Virus record (IMG/VR): IMGVR_UViG_3300037423_002564
Direction: 5' to 3' (one strand)
DNA from: a virus
Length of the DNA stretch: 64,000 bases
In this document: positions 28,545 through 38,561 of the stretch, piece after piece
Layout: each line of letters begins with the position of its first letter
How positions within the stretch are numbered: position 1 is the first letter of the stretch
The notes under the pieces: generated by a model
What the model was told of the DNA's origin: nothing
Seen by the model: the letters and a program-made list of their open reading frames with translations, nothing else
The model's database searches: none
Program-made: the position numbers and the translations under genes

Positions 28545-29033
28545 TTGGACGACAACCCCATCATCATCGGCGATCGCCCGAAACGAATCGGTGACGCCAA
28601 CCACGAGATCTACCAGAAGATGTCCAGCGAGGACGAGCGCAACATCCTGATGGCGCTTCTGGGCGAAGGGGACAACCCCATCGAGACCATCCTCGGCATC
28701 GGCGACGTCTACTCGATCGTGCGCGAGGAGTACAACAACGACATCCTGGACCGCTGGGCGGAGTACACGCGCCAGGGCTGGCTCGATGGCATCGAGTCGC
28801 AACTCCTGAAATACGGCTGCGAGCTGCAAGAAGACTACCACTTCGGTGGGGTACAGTACCCATTCGTCGTGGAGTTGACGCACGACCCCAGCGAGCTGGA
28901 TGCCGAGGTTCGAGACAGCGTGGCCGACATCACCGGTCCCGTCTGCTTCTACACCCTCGACGACCTGACGAGCTGGTTGGTCAAGCGCGGCTGGATCGCC
29001 CCCGGGGACGGCCAGACGCCGGCGGCCCAGTAA
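28545..29033 (+). CDS. Hypothetical protein
   Basis: TTG 28545 after AAGGAG. Confidence 0.6.
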   Translation: MDDNPIIIGDRPKRIGDANHEIYQKMSSEDERNILMALLGEGDNPIETILGIGDVYSIVREEYNNDILDRWAEYTRQGWLDGIESQLLKYGCELQEDYHFGGVQYPFVVELTHDPSELDAEVRDSVADITGPVCFYTLDDLTSWLVKRGWIAPGDGQTPAAQ

Positions 29034-29084
29034 CCCTTCATCCCACGACCGGGGGACCACCCCCAAGAAAGGAATCTTTACACC

Positions 29085-30392
29085 ATGAGCACCAAGCTGA
29101 TCAACTCCATCATGTACGTCTTCGCCGCCGACCGCTTCGTGGACGCGCAGCGCGCCGCCGGCAACCTCACCCTCCCCTACACCTCGCTCTGCATCATGGG
29201 CCCCAAGGCGACCGGCAAGACCGTCGCCGTCAAGACGGCCGCGGGCGAGCTGGCGAGCCGGCTGGGCAAGACCCTGGTGGAGCACGGCAAGCCGGGCGAC
29301 GACGAGTTCGCCTACGTGCGCATGAGCTTCGCCGGCAAGGACAGCCCCGGCGAGGCCAACGGCCTGCAAGAGATCGTCGACGGCGAGACCGTCATCCTGG
29401 CCCACAGCAACTTCCCGCGCAGCGGCCAGGGCATCCTGCACATCGAGGAGTTCAACCGCGTGCTGCCGCAGCTCGCGCCCCTGCTCCAAGAACTGCCCGA
29501 CCAGCACCTGATGGACATCCACCGCCTGCCCCCGGGCTGGACGGTCATCTTCACCGGCAATCCCAGCTCCGACGAGGCCAGCGGCGACATGTACAGCGTC
29601 ACCGAGGTCTTCGACGCCAGCTTCTTCAACCGCCTCTCCACCGTCACCACCAACATCACCCACGAGGAGGCGGTGAAGTACGCCGCGGCCAAGGGCTGGA
29701 ACAAGTTCATGGTCAACTACATGGCGGTCAAGGCGCCGGACGACCGCCCGGCCATCGACTTGGAGCGCGCGCTGCCCGGCATGATCGTCGAGAACCAGCG
29801 CACCCGCCAGACGGTGTCCACCCTCTTGGAGGGCGCGCCCTTCGCGGCCAAGCTGGGCCTGCCGGCCCTGCACGAGGAGGGGGCGGAGCCCGAGCTGCGC
29901 TACCTGGTGGCCGGCGCGATGGGCAGGACCAGCGCGGTGGCCTTCATCAGCTCGATGAAGGTGGGCGATCGCCCGCTGGACGCCGTGGATGTCCTGGACG
30001 CCTACACCACCGGCACGGTGGTGGTTGAGACGGACTCCGACGGCAACCCCACCCGCACCAAGACCCACCGCGAGCTGGTGCAGGGCTGGAGCGACCCCAC
30101 CAACCGCACGAGCCAGGGCATCCTGGCCCACATCACCGTGGAGCGCGTTCTGGAGCGCATGAAGGAGCACGGCGCCGACAACCGCCAGCTCGCCAACCTG
30201 GACCTCTTCCTGACCGACCTGCGGCGCGACGAGGTGCAGTTCTTCATCCGCACCGCCCAGGGGCAGTTGCCCGTGCTGGGCGACGCCTACCTCGACATCG
30301 TGCAGAAGCACAGCGAGGACAACATGACCACCCTCGCCAACGCCATGACCCGGGGTCGCGGCAACGGCAACCGCCCCGTGCGGGCGAGCTAG
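29085..30392 (+). CDS. MoxR/dynein-related AAA+ ATPase
   Basis: Walker A GPKATGKT, Walker B ILHIEEFNR, LPPGWTVIFTGNP, FDASFFNRL. Confidence 0.85.
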   Translation: MSTKLINSIMYVFAADRFVDAQRAAGNLTLPYTSLCIMGPKATGKTVAVKTAAGELASRLGKTLVEHGKPGDDEFAYVRMSFAGKDSPGEANGLQEIVDGETVILAHSNFPRSGQGILHIEEFNRVLPQLAPLLQELPDQHLMDIHRLPPGWTVIFTGNPSSDEASGDMYSVTEVFDASFFNRLSTVTTNITHEEAVKYAAAKGWNKFMVNYMAVKAPDDRPAIDLERALPGMIVENQRTRQTVSTLLEGAPFAAKLGLPALHEEGAEPELRYLVAGAMGRTSAVAFISSMKVGDRPLDAVDVLDAYTTGTVVVETDSDGNPTRTKTHRELVQGWSDPTNRTSQGILAHITVERVLERMKEHGADNRQLANLDLFLTDLRRDEVQFFIRTAQGQLPVLGDAYLDIVQKHSEDNMTTLANAMTRGRGNGNRPVRAS

Positions 30393-30404
30393 GAGGCGCT
30401 CCCC

Positions 30405-31001
30405 ATGAGCAAGTCCCTGATTCAAACGCTGGTGATGCGCTTCGTCAAGACGGGCGTGGGCCAGGGTGACGGCGTCCACGGGCTGTTGAGCAACGACCTG
30501 GAAAAGGCGGTGGCGCATCTGGACGTCACGCCGCAGGAGCTGGTGGAGCTGGTCCGCTGGATGACCTGTAACATCCCGGCGGACTGCCACGGTAGCAAGT
30601 CCGCCTACCGCCAGTGGCCCCGCCGGCTGCTCATGCGCCAGCGGGCCACGGACATCCTGGCCGCCAAGCTCGGCCGCGAGCCCAACGGCGCGGAGGTCGA
30701 CAAGGAGCTGGAGGGCCGCGAGTACACGGTCTACGTCAATCCCGACCTGATCGAGGAGCTGCTGGACTACGAGGCCACCGGCCGCGAGCTGTCCAGCTTC
30801 CCGATGGCGCTCTTGGAGAACGACCTGATGGAGGCGCTCACCCGCGCCGACAACACCAGCCGGGCGGAGCTGCAAGAGACCATGCGCTGGATCTACACCT
30901 ACCTGGACAAGCGCTGCTACGGCGGCAAGGTCACGGTGGAGCGCTGGCAGCGTCTGGGCGGCCTCGAAGGCATCCGCGAGAAGGCCAAGGCCGGTGCCTG
31001 A
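30405..31001 (+). CDS. Hypothetical protein with two copies of a ~60-aa helical domain
   Basis: GLLSNDLEKAVAHLD...CHGS..Y..W and ALLENDLMEALTRAD...CYGG..V..W. Confidence 0.7.
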   Translation: MSKSLIQTLVMRFVKTGVGQGDGVHGLLSNDLEKAVAHLDVTPQELVELVRWMTCNIPADCHGSKSAYRQWPRRLLMRQRATDILAAKLGREPNGAEVDKELEGREYTVYVNPDLIEELLDYEATGRELSSFPMALLENDLMEALTRADNTSRAELQETMRWIYTYLDKRCYGGKVTVERWQRLGGLEGIREKAKAGA

Positions 31002-31479
31002 ACAGGTCGACAAGGCGGAGCAGCGCGCCGGCTTCGACCCTTTCAAGACCATATGGAACGTCCAGTACCTGGTCTCCGCGCTTCAGGGCTTCCGTCAGCT
31101 CCACCCGGAGCTGGCGGACTTCCCCGACGACCTGCTCGCCCGCGTGCAGGAAGACCTGTCTCACGACCGCCACTACGAGGTCGGGTTCTCCGACGGCGTG
31201 CCCCGCGAGATGTGGCACGCCCTAGAGCGCTACGCCTACGAGGGCCTGGAGCTGGGCAGCTTCTTGCAGGCGTGCGTGGCGAACGACCTAGGCAAGGCCA
31301 TCCAGGTCGCCGACCAGACCAACCGGCGCTGCCTGAACGGCATCCTCTTCGCGGTCTGGTCGCTGGTGCCCGGCGAGGCCACCGGCAGCTACGCCGCCTA
31401 CCACCGCTGGATCGACAAGCACAAGGACCGCCGGCCGCCGGACACGCGCGGCCCGCAACCCCCTTTTGAAGTACCGTAG
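30994..31479 (+). CDS. Hypothetical protein with one copy of the same domain
   Basis: GSFLQACVANDLGKAIQVAD...ATGS..Y..W. Confidence 0.7.
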   Translation: MPEQVDKAEQRAGFDPFKTIWNVQYLVSALQGFRQLHPELADFPDDLLARVQEDLSHDRHYEVGFSDGVPREMWHALERYAYEGLELGSFLQACVANDLGKAIQVADQTNRRCLNGILFAVWSLVPGEATGSYAAYHRWIDKHKDRRPPDTRGPQPPFEVP

Positions 31480-31491
31480 GAGGGACCACCC

Positions 31492-32844
31492 TTGATTATT
31501 AAGGACGCGTCGTTATACGACCAATTCGAGGCCGTCAAGCTGGGCACGGCCAACCAGGACCTGGCCCTGGGCATGTTCTACGCCGGCCTCATCCGCCAGA
31601 TGTGGGTCGTGATCCTCGACCACATCCCGGGCGGCACCGACGCCGCGGTGATGTTCAAGGGCACCCAGGCCATCCTGATGCTCACGCCGGCGTTCTTCAG
31701 CGAGCAGCCGTTCGCGGAGCAGATCACTACGCTCGACCACGAGCTGATGCACCTGGTGCTCAAGCACACCATCATCTACAAGGACTTCTGGAACAAGATC
31801 AAGCTGGTCGCCCAGAGCCCGGGCGGCCCGCCGCAGATCATCGACCTCATGAACTTCGGCGCCGACCTCGTCGCCAACGGCTACCTGCCGGCCAAGAAGG
31901 TGCCCGACCACTGGCTCAAGCACGAGCACTTCGGGATGAAGGGCGGCCTCTCCGCTCTCGACTATGCCAACGAAATGTTGGAACGTTTGCAGGGCGGAGG
32001 TGGGTCGGACGGCAACAAGGACAGCCTTCCCCAGTTCGACCCCGAGCTGAACGAGGAGCTGAAGAAGTTGCTCGAAGCGATGGCCCAGCACTACGGCCTG
32101 ACGGAGGGCGAGGAGCCCACCTTGGTGGACCCGCACGTCGTCTGGCTGGAGGGGCACCCCGACATCGGCGAGGCGGACTTCGACCCGGAGATCGCCGAGG
32201 TCGCCATCGACCAGATGATCCTGCGCGCGGCGGAGACGGTGCCGGAGCACCTGCGCGGCAACCTGCCGGGCGTGCTCAAGAAGGTGGTCGAGCAGGCCAG
32301 CGTGCGTTCGGTGGTGGCCTGGCACCAGGTGTTGCGCCGCTTCAACGTGAGCGTCGGCTCCTGCACGATCGTGCCCACCATGGTGCGCCGCAACCGCATC
32401 ACGGGCAACCGGCCGGGCAACCGCGTCAAGCCGCGCTGGAAGCTCGCCATCGTCCTCGATGGCAGCGCGTCGGTGGACGACTCGCACTGGCGCCAGTTCG
32501 TCACCGAGGTCCACTACGCCTGGAAGATGGGCGCGGACATCACCATCATCAAGCACGACGCCAAGATCTTCTCCGTCGCCAAGTACGACGGCAAGAACCT
32601 GGACTTCGACCGCACCTACGGCGGCACGGACCACACCGAGGTGATCGAATACCTGAACAAGCACAAGTTCGACGGCGCCGTGGCCTTCACCGACGGCGGG
32701 ACCTGGATCTCCAAGCCCATCCGTCCGCGCTGCCGCTTCGCCTGGCTGATCACCCACGACGGCGACGCGAACGTCCGCCAGCACCAGAATTGCAACTTCG
32801 GCCAGGTCATCACCATGAAACCGCCCGCCTCCCAGGCGGCGTAG
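31492..32844 (+). CDS. HEXXH metallopeptidase-like + vWA domain protein (DUF2201-type)
   Basis: HELMHLVLKH, N..ADL.AN, MIDAS-type LDGSAS, YGGTD, FTDG. Confidence 0.85.
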   Translation: MIIKDASLYDQFEAVKLGTANQDLALGMFYAGLIRQMWVVILDHIPGGTDAAVMFKGTQAILMLTPAFFSEQPFAEQITTLDHELMHLVLKHTIIYKDFWNKIKLVAQSPGGPPQIIDLMNFGADLVANGYLPAKKVPDHWLKHEHFGMKGGLSALDYANEMLERLQGGGGSDGNKDSLPQFDPELNEELKKLLEAMAQHYGLTEGEEPTLVDPHVVWLEGHPDIGEADFDPEIAEVAIDQMILRAAETVPEHLRGNLPGVLKKVVEQASVRSVVAWHQVLRRFNVSVGSCTIVPTMVRRNRITGNRPGNRVKPRWKLAIVLDGSASVDDSHWRQFVTEVHYAWKMGADITIIKHDAKIFSVAKYDGKNLDFDRTYGGTDHTEVIEYLNKHKFDGAVAFTDGGTWISKPIRPRCRFAWLITHDGDANVRQHQNCNFGQVITMKPPASQAA

Positions 32845-32857
32845 AGAGGGACCACCC

Positions 32858-34207
32858 TTGCACGAACAGAACTCCCTGACGGCGGACCAAGCCCGCCGTC
32901 TCATCTGGAACATGAACTACCCGGAGCAAGAAGCGCTCATGGCCCAGCTCATGGTCGACTTCTTCAGCGGCGCCAACCGCACCGAGGACCTCGCGGGCTC
33001 CGGCAACCCGCTCGTCGAGATGTGGAACAACGTCGCCACCGTGATCCCCGCCAACGGCTGCCGGTTGATGCTCGCCATCTTCCGGCGGATGGGCAAGGTG
33101 GCCCACGAGGGCGTCAACGCCACCTACGACGTCAGCCAGGCGCACCAGCTCCAGCGTCTGGCCGTGAACCCGGAGCTGCCCCAGGACACGCTCGACCAGC
33201 TCATCACCATGGGCGTCCAAGGCGTGGTCTGCCCGCTGCCGGGCGGCAGCTACCGCCCCTTCACGTCCCCGCAGATCGACGCCATCGTGCGGGGCCTGCC
33301 GCCCAAAGGGGCGCTCCTGACCTGGGTGCGCGACAACTACGGCGTCCTCGACATCAAGCAGCGCACGGCCTTCGCGCTGCGCTTCGCCCAAGACCCCTCG
33401 CGGTCGGAGCGCTCCAGCGGCATGGTGGGTGGCAACGACCCGGCCGACGTCGTCTTCCAGAAGCTGGCGGGCGATCCGTTGCTGCCGGAGGAGGCCGTGC
33501 GCGCGCTGTGGTCGACCTACACCGCCAGCCGCTGGATGCTGGTGTGGCACCCGGCCCTCGCGGACGACCTCTTCCAGGACGTCGTCGCGGAGATGGCCGA
33601 CCCGGAGCGCCGCGCCTTCATCCCGCTCTTCGAGCAACTCGTGGCGGAGGTCTTCAAGAGCGACCGCCTGGATACGCGCTACCTGCACCTCTTCTTCGCC
33701 GACAAGGCGATGTGGAAGCACATCGCGCGCAACCCCAACCTGCCTATCAACATGGCCTACGTCATCCGGGCCGAGGAGAACCACGAGCTGCACCGGGCCC
33801 TGCTCGCCAACCGCGGACTGGACGCGGCGGCGTGGAACGACGTGCTCGACGACTTCCTCAAGTACGGCACGCCCATCGGCAACCTGGACGCCATGCTCAA
33901 CCCGCAGATCAGCTACGACAACCTGCTCAAGCTGTACCGCAGCGAGCTGCGCTTCCCGCGCCAGCAACTGGAGTGGTTCTTCGTGAGCCCGGCAGCCGAC
34001 GAGACGTTCCGCAAGGAAGTCATCAAGCGCCTGACCGGCACGGAAAACGAGATCTCCAGCTTCTGCGCGGACCTGCTGCGCAAGTACCCGGAGCTGTTCA
34101 CGCCGGAGCTGGCGGAGCTGGCGAAGGAGAAGCTCTTCGGCAACACCTGGGAAGTCCGGCACGCCAAGGCCACCCTCGAACAGATGGAGAAGGCCCATGC
34201 GAAATGA
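32858..34207 (+). CDS. Alpha-helical repeat protein
   Basis: Recurring LAVNPELP, LAGDPLLP, VWHPAL, IARNPNLP, MLNPQI. Confidence 0.6.
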   Translation: MHEQNSLTADQARRLIWNMNYPEQEALMAQLMVDFFSGANRTEDLAGSGNPLVEMWNNVATVIPANGCRLMLAIFRRMGKVAHEGVNATYDVSQAHQLQRLAVNPELPQDTLDQLITMGVQGVVCPLPGGSYRPFTSPQIDAIVRGLPPKGALLTWVRDNYGVLDIKQRTAFALRFAQDPSRSERSSGMVGGNDPADVVFQKLAGDPLLPEEAVRALWSTYTASRWMLVWHPALADDLFQDVVAEMADPERRAFIPLFEQLVAEVFKSDRLDTRYLHLFFADKAMWKHIARNPNLPINMAYVIRAEENHELHRALLANRGLDAAAWNDVLDDFLKYGTPIGNLDAMLNPQISYDNLLKLYRSELRFPRQQLEWFFVSPAADETFRKEVIKRLTGTENEISSFCADLLRKYPELFTPELAELAKEKLFGNTWEVRHAKATLEQMEKAHAK

Positions 34208-35687
34208 CACGGAGCGTCACCAGGAGAGGTTCTGGGACGCGTTCTACAGCCTGCCCAACACCCTCAAGATCCACATCACGGCCCTGCTGATCATGCAGAC
34301 CTTCGGGGCCCACGTCGACCTCTTGGACATCTTCCGCGACAGCTACCAGAAGATGCCGGACGGCTTCGGGCTGCGGGTGCTGGTGCGCCTCTTGGAGCTG
34401 TACGAGCGCGACGCGACGCTACCCTCGCGGCTGGGGCGCGTGGAGCGCTGCTACCGCGCCCTGGCCGAGAACCAGAACCTGCCGCTCGACCTGGTGGACT
34501 GGCTGATCGACCGCCGCGTGGCCGATGTCGGCCGGACCCGCCACCTCGACGAGGCGCGCGAGGGGCGGTTGGCCGCCCGGGTAGACCCGCTCTCCGAGGG
34601 GGCGAGCACGGTGTTCGCCCACACCCTGGCCGGCACGCCTCCTCGGGTGTTCGGCCTGTTCTTCTTCCGCTTCTGGCGGGCCTTGGAGAAGTTCCCCAAG
34701 ACCACGGAACCGGACAAGGTCGGCTCGATCATCGAGAACCGGCTGGCCCAGGATGCCGCCATGCGCGTCTTCCGGCGGTTCTGCAAGGAGCACCCGCCGG
34801 TGAGCGCGCGCACGCTGCGGCGGATGTACCAGACCCTCACCAACCGCAACCAGTGCGACATCCTGGGCCACCCGGGCTTCGACCCGGCGGACCTGGACGC
34901 CATCGCCCGGGAGTGCCACGGCCAGATGGAGGATCCGCGCTACCGGATGAAGGCGACCATGCTGATGGGCAACCCCAGCACGCCGGTGCGCCATCTGGTC
35001 ATCTGGTCGAGCGACGCCCAGAACTGGCCCTTCTTGGCGAGCAACCCGTCCCTGCCGCCCAAGGTCGCAAGCGCGCTCGCCAGCTCCAACGAGCTGGAGG
35101 TGCTTCTGGACCTGGTGCGCTACCAGCCGGCGATGTCGGCGTGGGACTGGGTCTATCCGCTGGAGAAGCTGATGGGGCACCACATCGACATCTTCTTCAG
35201 GATGGAGCTGCGCGACCTCAACGGGATCCTGTCCGACCCCCGGCTGGAGTACCCCACGCGGCTCGCGCTCTTCAAGCGGATGTGCCAGCACATGACCGTG
35301 CAACCCAAGGCCCACGACCATCTCGCGGAGTTCTTCTACACGTCCTCCGATGCCGTCCCCGGGAAACTGGGGCGCGTGCCGGCGAACCTCACCGAAGCGC
35401 AGCTCATGGAGCTGCTGGGGGTGCTGCTCGCGACGAACATGAACGCCACGCTGGGTGCGGTGATGAACCTCGCCAAGGTGGACGGCTGGCCCAGCGACTT
35501 CATCCTCGCGATCTACGACCGCTACAAGCGGGAGCCCATCAGCCCCAAGAGCACCTGGCTCAACCTGGTCGCGCTCCTGTGCGACCAGACGCACGGCGAC
35601 GCGCTGCGCAGCTACGTGCTCAACGGCCCGTCCCAGAAGGAGCGCGAGCAGGTCTTCCCGCACGCACGGTCCAGCCTTTCGGCGTAG
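34197..35687 (+). CDS. Alpha-helical repeat protein, likely paralog of the upstream gene
   Basis: LAENQNLP, ILGHPGF, MGNPSTP, LASNPSLP, ILSDPRL. Confidence 0.6.
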   Translation: MRNDTERHQERFWDAFYSLPNTLKIHITALLIMQTFGAHVDLLDIFRDSYQKMPDGFGLRVLVRLLELYERDATLPSRLGRVERCYRALAENQNLPLDLVDWLIDRRVADVGRTRHLDEAREGRLAARVDPLSEGASTVFAHTLAGTPPRVFGLFFFRFWRALEKFPKTTEPDKVGSIIENRLAQDAAMRVFRRFCKEHPPVSARTLRRMYQTLTNRNQCDILGHPGFDPADLDAIARECHGQMEDPRYRMKATMLMGNPSTPVRHLVIWSSDAQNWPFLASNPSLPPKVASALASSNELEVLLDLVRYQPAMSAWDWVYPLEKLMGHHIDIFFRMELRDLNGILSDPRLEYPTRLALFKRMCQHMTVQPKAHDHLAEFFYTSSDAVPGKLGRVPANLTEAQLMELLGVLLATNMNATLGAVMNLAKVDGWPSDFILAIYDRYKREPISPKSTWLNLVALLCDQTHGDALRSYVLNGPSQKEREQVFPHARSSLSA

Positions 35688-35727
35688 CTACGTTACCGCG
35701 TCACTCGATTCCCAAAGGAGCCATCCC

Positions 35728-36231
35728 ATGGCAAACATGCGTTACATACGACAGCGCGTCATCTCGCTCGCGCGGGTGATCGCCACCTCCATCCCCATCT
35801 ACACCGTCCAGCGCGGCGAGGATGTCGTGATGCGCGAGAAGTACGCCGAGAACGGCGTGCTGATTGGCGTCGTCGCCCACCCCGAAGGGACGGGCGTGGA
35901 AGCCGACGAGTACTACATCACCCGCGACGGCGAGTACCTCAAGCTCGCGCGCCGGCGGGCGGACGGCCCCCGCGGCGAGGTCCACCTCCGCCGCGAGGTC
36001 CACCGCGTCACCCAGGGCGAGGCCATCGACGCCGTCGGCGCCGCCGCCGCCGGCCAGGCGGTGCTCGCCCTCATTCGTAAGCGCAAGAACAACACGGAGA
36101 GCCGCTTGCGCACCCTGACCCAGGCCGAGGAGGAGATGGCCTCCCACCTCGCCCGCCCCGACACCGTCGCCTGCGACGCCCCCATCGCCACGCTCGTCGT
36201 GATCGAAGAGCTAGAAGAGGAACTTGCCTAA
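35728..36231 (+). CDS. Hypothetical protein
   Basis: ATG after AAAGGAG. Confidence 0.65.
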   Translation: MANMRYIRQRVISLARVIATSIPIYTVQRGEDVVMREKYAENGVLIGVVAHPEGTGVEADEYYITRDGEYLKLARRRADGPRGEVHLRREVHRVTQGEAIDAVGAAAAGQAVLALIRKRKNNTESRLRTLTQAEEEMASHLARPDTVACDAPIATLVVIEELEEELA

Positions 36232-37043
36232 TGTTGTTCAACGAATTGCCGCCTGCCGCGATGCAGGATCTGCTCTTCAAGCTGGCCGAGAAGCATGTGG
36301 GGCCGCTGCGGCTGCCGCAGGTGCTGGGCACCGAGGAGAAGCCCGGCCTGCTCTGGTATCTGGCAAAGGCCGGCTTCTTCACCCACCCGGCCAGCTCCGG
36401 CATGAACTTCCATCTCGGCTGTCTGGGTGGCCTCGCCATGCACATCTACAACTTCAACTGGTGGATGCAGACCTTCATCAACGCCTCGTTGCAGGAAGAG
36501 GGCCTGGAGTCGGCCATCTGGGTGGGCATCCCCGACAAGACCATCCTGCACCTCGAAACGATGCGGGAGAGCGCCTTCATCATCGCCCTGTGCCACGACC
36601 TCAACAAGACCACGATCTTCAACCTGCCGGGCTACGTGCCCAACATGACGACCAAGGGCCAGAGCGCCTACAAGCCCTACGAGGTCAACAAGGAGCGCGT
36701 GGCCCTGGGCCACTACGACTCCGTGGCCCTGGCCGCGACCTTCATCGACCTCAAGGCCGACGAGGTCCAGGCCATCGCCTTCTCCGAGGGCAAGTACGAC
36801 TACGGCTACCGCGCCATCGAGGGCAAGGAAGACCTGCTGACCCTCTACGCCGTCAGCGCCGACTTCTTGTCGACGAAGGTGCAGGAGCAGTACCCCGCTC
36901 ACACGCGCAGCCATCTGACGCTCCGCCAGGGCATCGCCCAGGTGCTGGGTGGCCCGTTGCCCCCCGACGAGATTATGCAGGCCCTCCCGGCGCCCCTGCC
37001 GCCCAAGGAGACCGAGTCCGAGGTCGTGATCACGGCCGGATAG
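36231..37043 (+). CDS. HD-domain phosphohydrolase (YhaM-like phage type)
   Basis: FFTHPASS..FHLG..GGLAMH...ALCHDLNK...LGH...AD. Confidence 0.8.
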   Translation: MLFNELPPAAMQDLLFKLAEKHVGPLRLPQVLGTEEKPGLLWYLAKAGFFTHPASSGMNFHLGCLGGLAMHIYNFNWWMQTFINASLQEEGLESAIWVGIPDKTILHLETMRESAFIIALCHDLNKTTIFNLPGYVPNMTTKGQSAYKPYEVNKERVALGHYDSVALAATFIDLKADEVQAIAFSEGKYDYGYRAIEGKEDLLTLYAVSADFLSTKVQEQYPAHTRSHLTLRQGIAQVLGGPLPPDEIMQALPAPLPPKETESEVVITAG

Positions 37044-37050
37044 GAGCCCC

Positions 37051-37815
37051 ATGAAATTCAGCGAGATCCAAGAGAAGCTGGCCCAGCCCTTCGACGAGGT
37101 GAAGTTCCGCGCCGGCGCCACCCGCGACGCGCGCGGCGGCGGCAAGGAGTGCAAGCCGCTGGGCTACATCGACGCCGCCGACGTGATCGACCGGCTCAAC
37201 GAGCACTGCCCGGACGAGTGGTCCGAGGAGTACGAGCTGACGCGCCCCGGCGTCATCATGTGCAAGCTCACCATCTGCGGCATCACCCGCTGCGGCGTGG
37301 GCCAGGCCGGCAAGAAGGACGAGGAGCCGGAGAAGTCGGCCGAAAGCGACGCCCTGAAGCGCGCGGCGGTCAAGTTCGGCATCGGAACGTATCTTCGTCG
37401 CTGGGACCTGCCGTACCACCCGATGGTGCGCAAGAGCGACAACGACTACTACTTCGACAGCTACGCCTACGTCCCGCCGGCGGACATCCCGCTCAAGGGG
37501 CGCCGCACGCGCTACAAGCGCAACGCCGGCAAGGCGGAGGAGTCGACGGAGACCCTGATCCAGCCGCGCATCGAGCGCAAGGACGGACCGAAGGTCGAAC
37601 CCGCGGGTCCGTCCACCGAGAAGCTGGCGACGGAAGCCCAGATCAAGCGCATCAAGGACGAGCTGGAGAAGCGCGCCGTGGCCGCCGGTCAGCTCGAAAC
37701 CTACCTGGAGCGCTGCAACGTGACGCGGGTCGAGGACTTGCCCTTCAAGCACGCCAGCTCGCTCATCGACAAGCTCAAGGTCCTGCCGCTCAAGCAGGCC
37801 AGCCCCAAGGCATAG
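37051..37815 (+). CDS. Rad52/Sak-family single-strand annealing protein
   Basis: LGYIDAADVIDRLNE..W...CKLTI.GITR..VG...KSAESDALKRAAVKFGIGTYL; C-terminal ATEAQIKRI...ASSLIDKL. Confidence 0.9.
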   Translation: MKFSEIQEKLAQPFDEVKFRAGATRDARGGGKECKPLGYIDAADVIDRLNEHCPDEWSEEYELTRPGVIMCKLTICGITRCGVGQAGKKDEEPEKSAESDALKRAAVKFGIGTYLRRWDLPYHPMVRKSDNDYYFDSYAYVPPADIPLKGRRTRYKRNAGKAEESTETLIQPRIERKDGPKVEPAGPSTEKLATEAQIKRIKDELEKRAVAAGQLETYLERCNVTRVEDLPFKHASSLIDKLKVLPLKQASPKA

Positions 37816-37824
37816 GAGGTAGCC

Positions 37825-38103
37825 TTGCCCAACACCGTGTTGCTCGTGCAGTACTTCGACCAGATGGCCGTCTACGTTAACGGCCACCTGGTCGTCACGG
37901 ACTGCAACGCGGGCATCCGCCCCACCCCCTACCATCCCCCGGATCAGGTCGCGAAGCGCCTCGCCAAGGCGCTGGGTATCACCGTCAGCCCCTATGCCGT
38001 GCCCGACGAGTACGTGGCGCATCTGCGCCAAACCCGCGACTGGACCCGCGTCAGCGAGCACATCCAGAAGCAGCTCAAGGTCCAGGTCCCGCATGCCGGC
38101 TAA
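37825..38103 (+). CDS. Hypothetical protein
   Basis: TTG after AGGAGG. Confidence 0.6.
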   Translation: MPNTVLLVQYFDQMAVYVNGHLVVTDCNAGIRPTPYHPPDQVAKRLAKALGITVSPYAVPDEYVAHLRQTRDWTRVSEHIQKQLKVQVPHAG

Positions 38104-38521
38104 TCGCAAGCCCAGTGCCCAGATCTCGATGCTCGTGGGCATCCAGGCCGACCGCATCGTCACCAACGACGAGGTGGTCGACGTGATGCGCCAGATCCTC
38201 GATGCCATCGCGGCGCTCTCCGATGGAGGGGCGCTGGGGCCGGTAGACAGAGCGTTCAAGTCCAAGCACCTCGTCATCAGCTCGCGAGGCGTCACCTACA
38301 GCCTCAACGAGAACAGCAGCGACCCCCACTACTACGAGAACGGAGTCCACGACATCATGACCCCAGAACAGCGCCGCGAGGCCAACAAGGAGCAGTGCCA
38401 GGAGGCCCTGAAGACCATCATCAAGAACGCGACGGCCGCGCTGAACGACAGCCACGCCGGCCAGCGCGCCATCCTCAACGGCATCCGCGACACGGCCCAG
38501 GAGGCGCTCGACGCCCGATAG
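38093..38521 (+). CDS. Hypothetical protein
   Basis: Overlapping operonic ORF. Confidence 0.6.
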   Translation: MPANRKPSAQISMLVGIQADRIVTNDEVVDVMRQILDAIAALSDGGALGPVDRAFKSKHLVISSRGVTYSLNENSSDPHYYENGVHDIMTPEQRREANKEQCQEALKTIIKNATAALNDSHAGQRAILNGIRDTAQEALDAR

Positions 38522-38561
38522 GAGCCGCTTCACGAGCGGGACCACCCGCGAAAGGAGCTTT

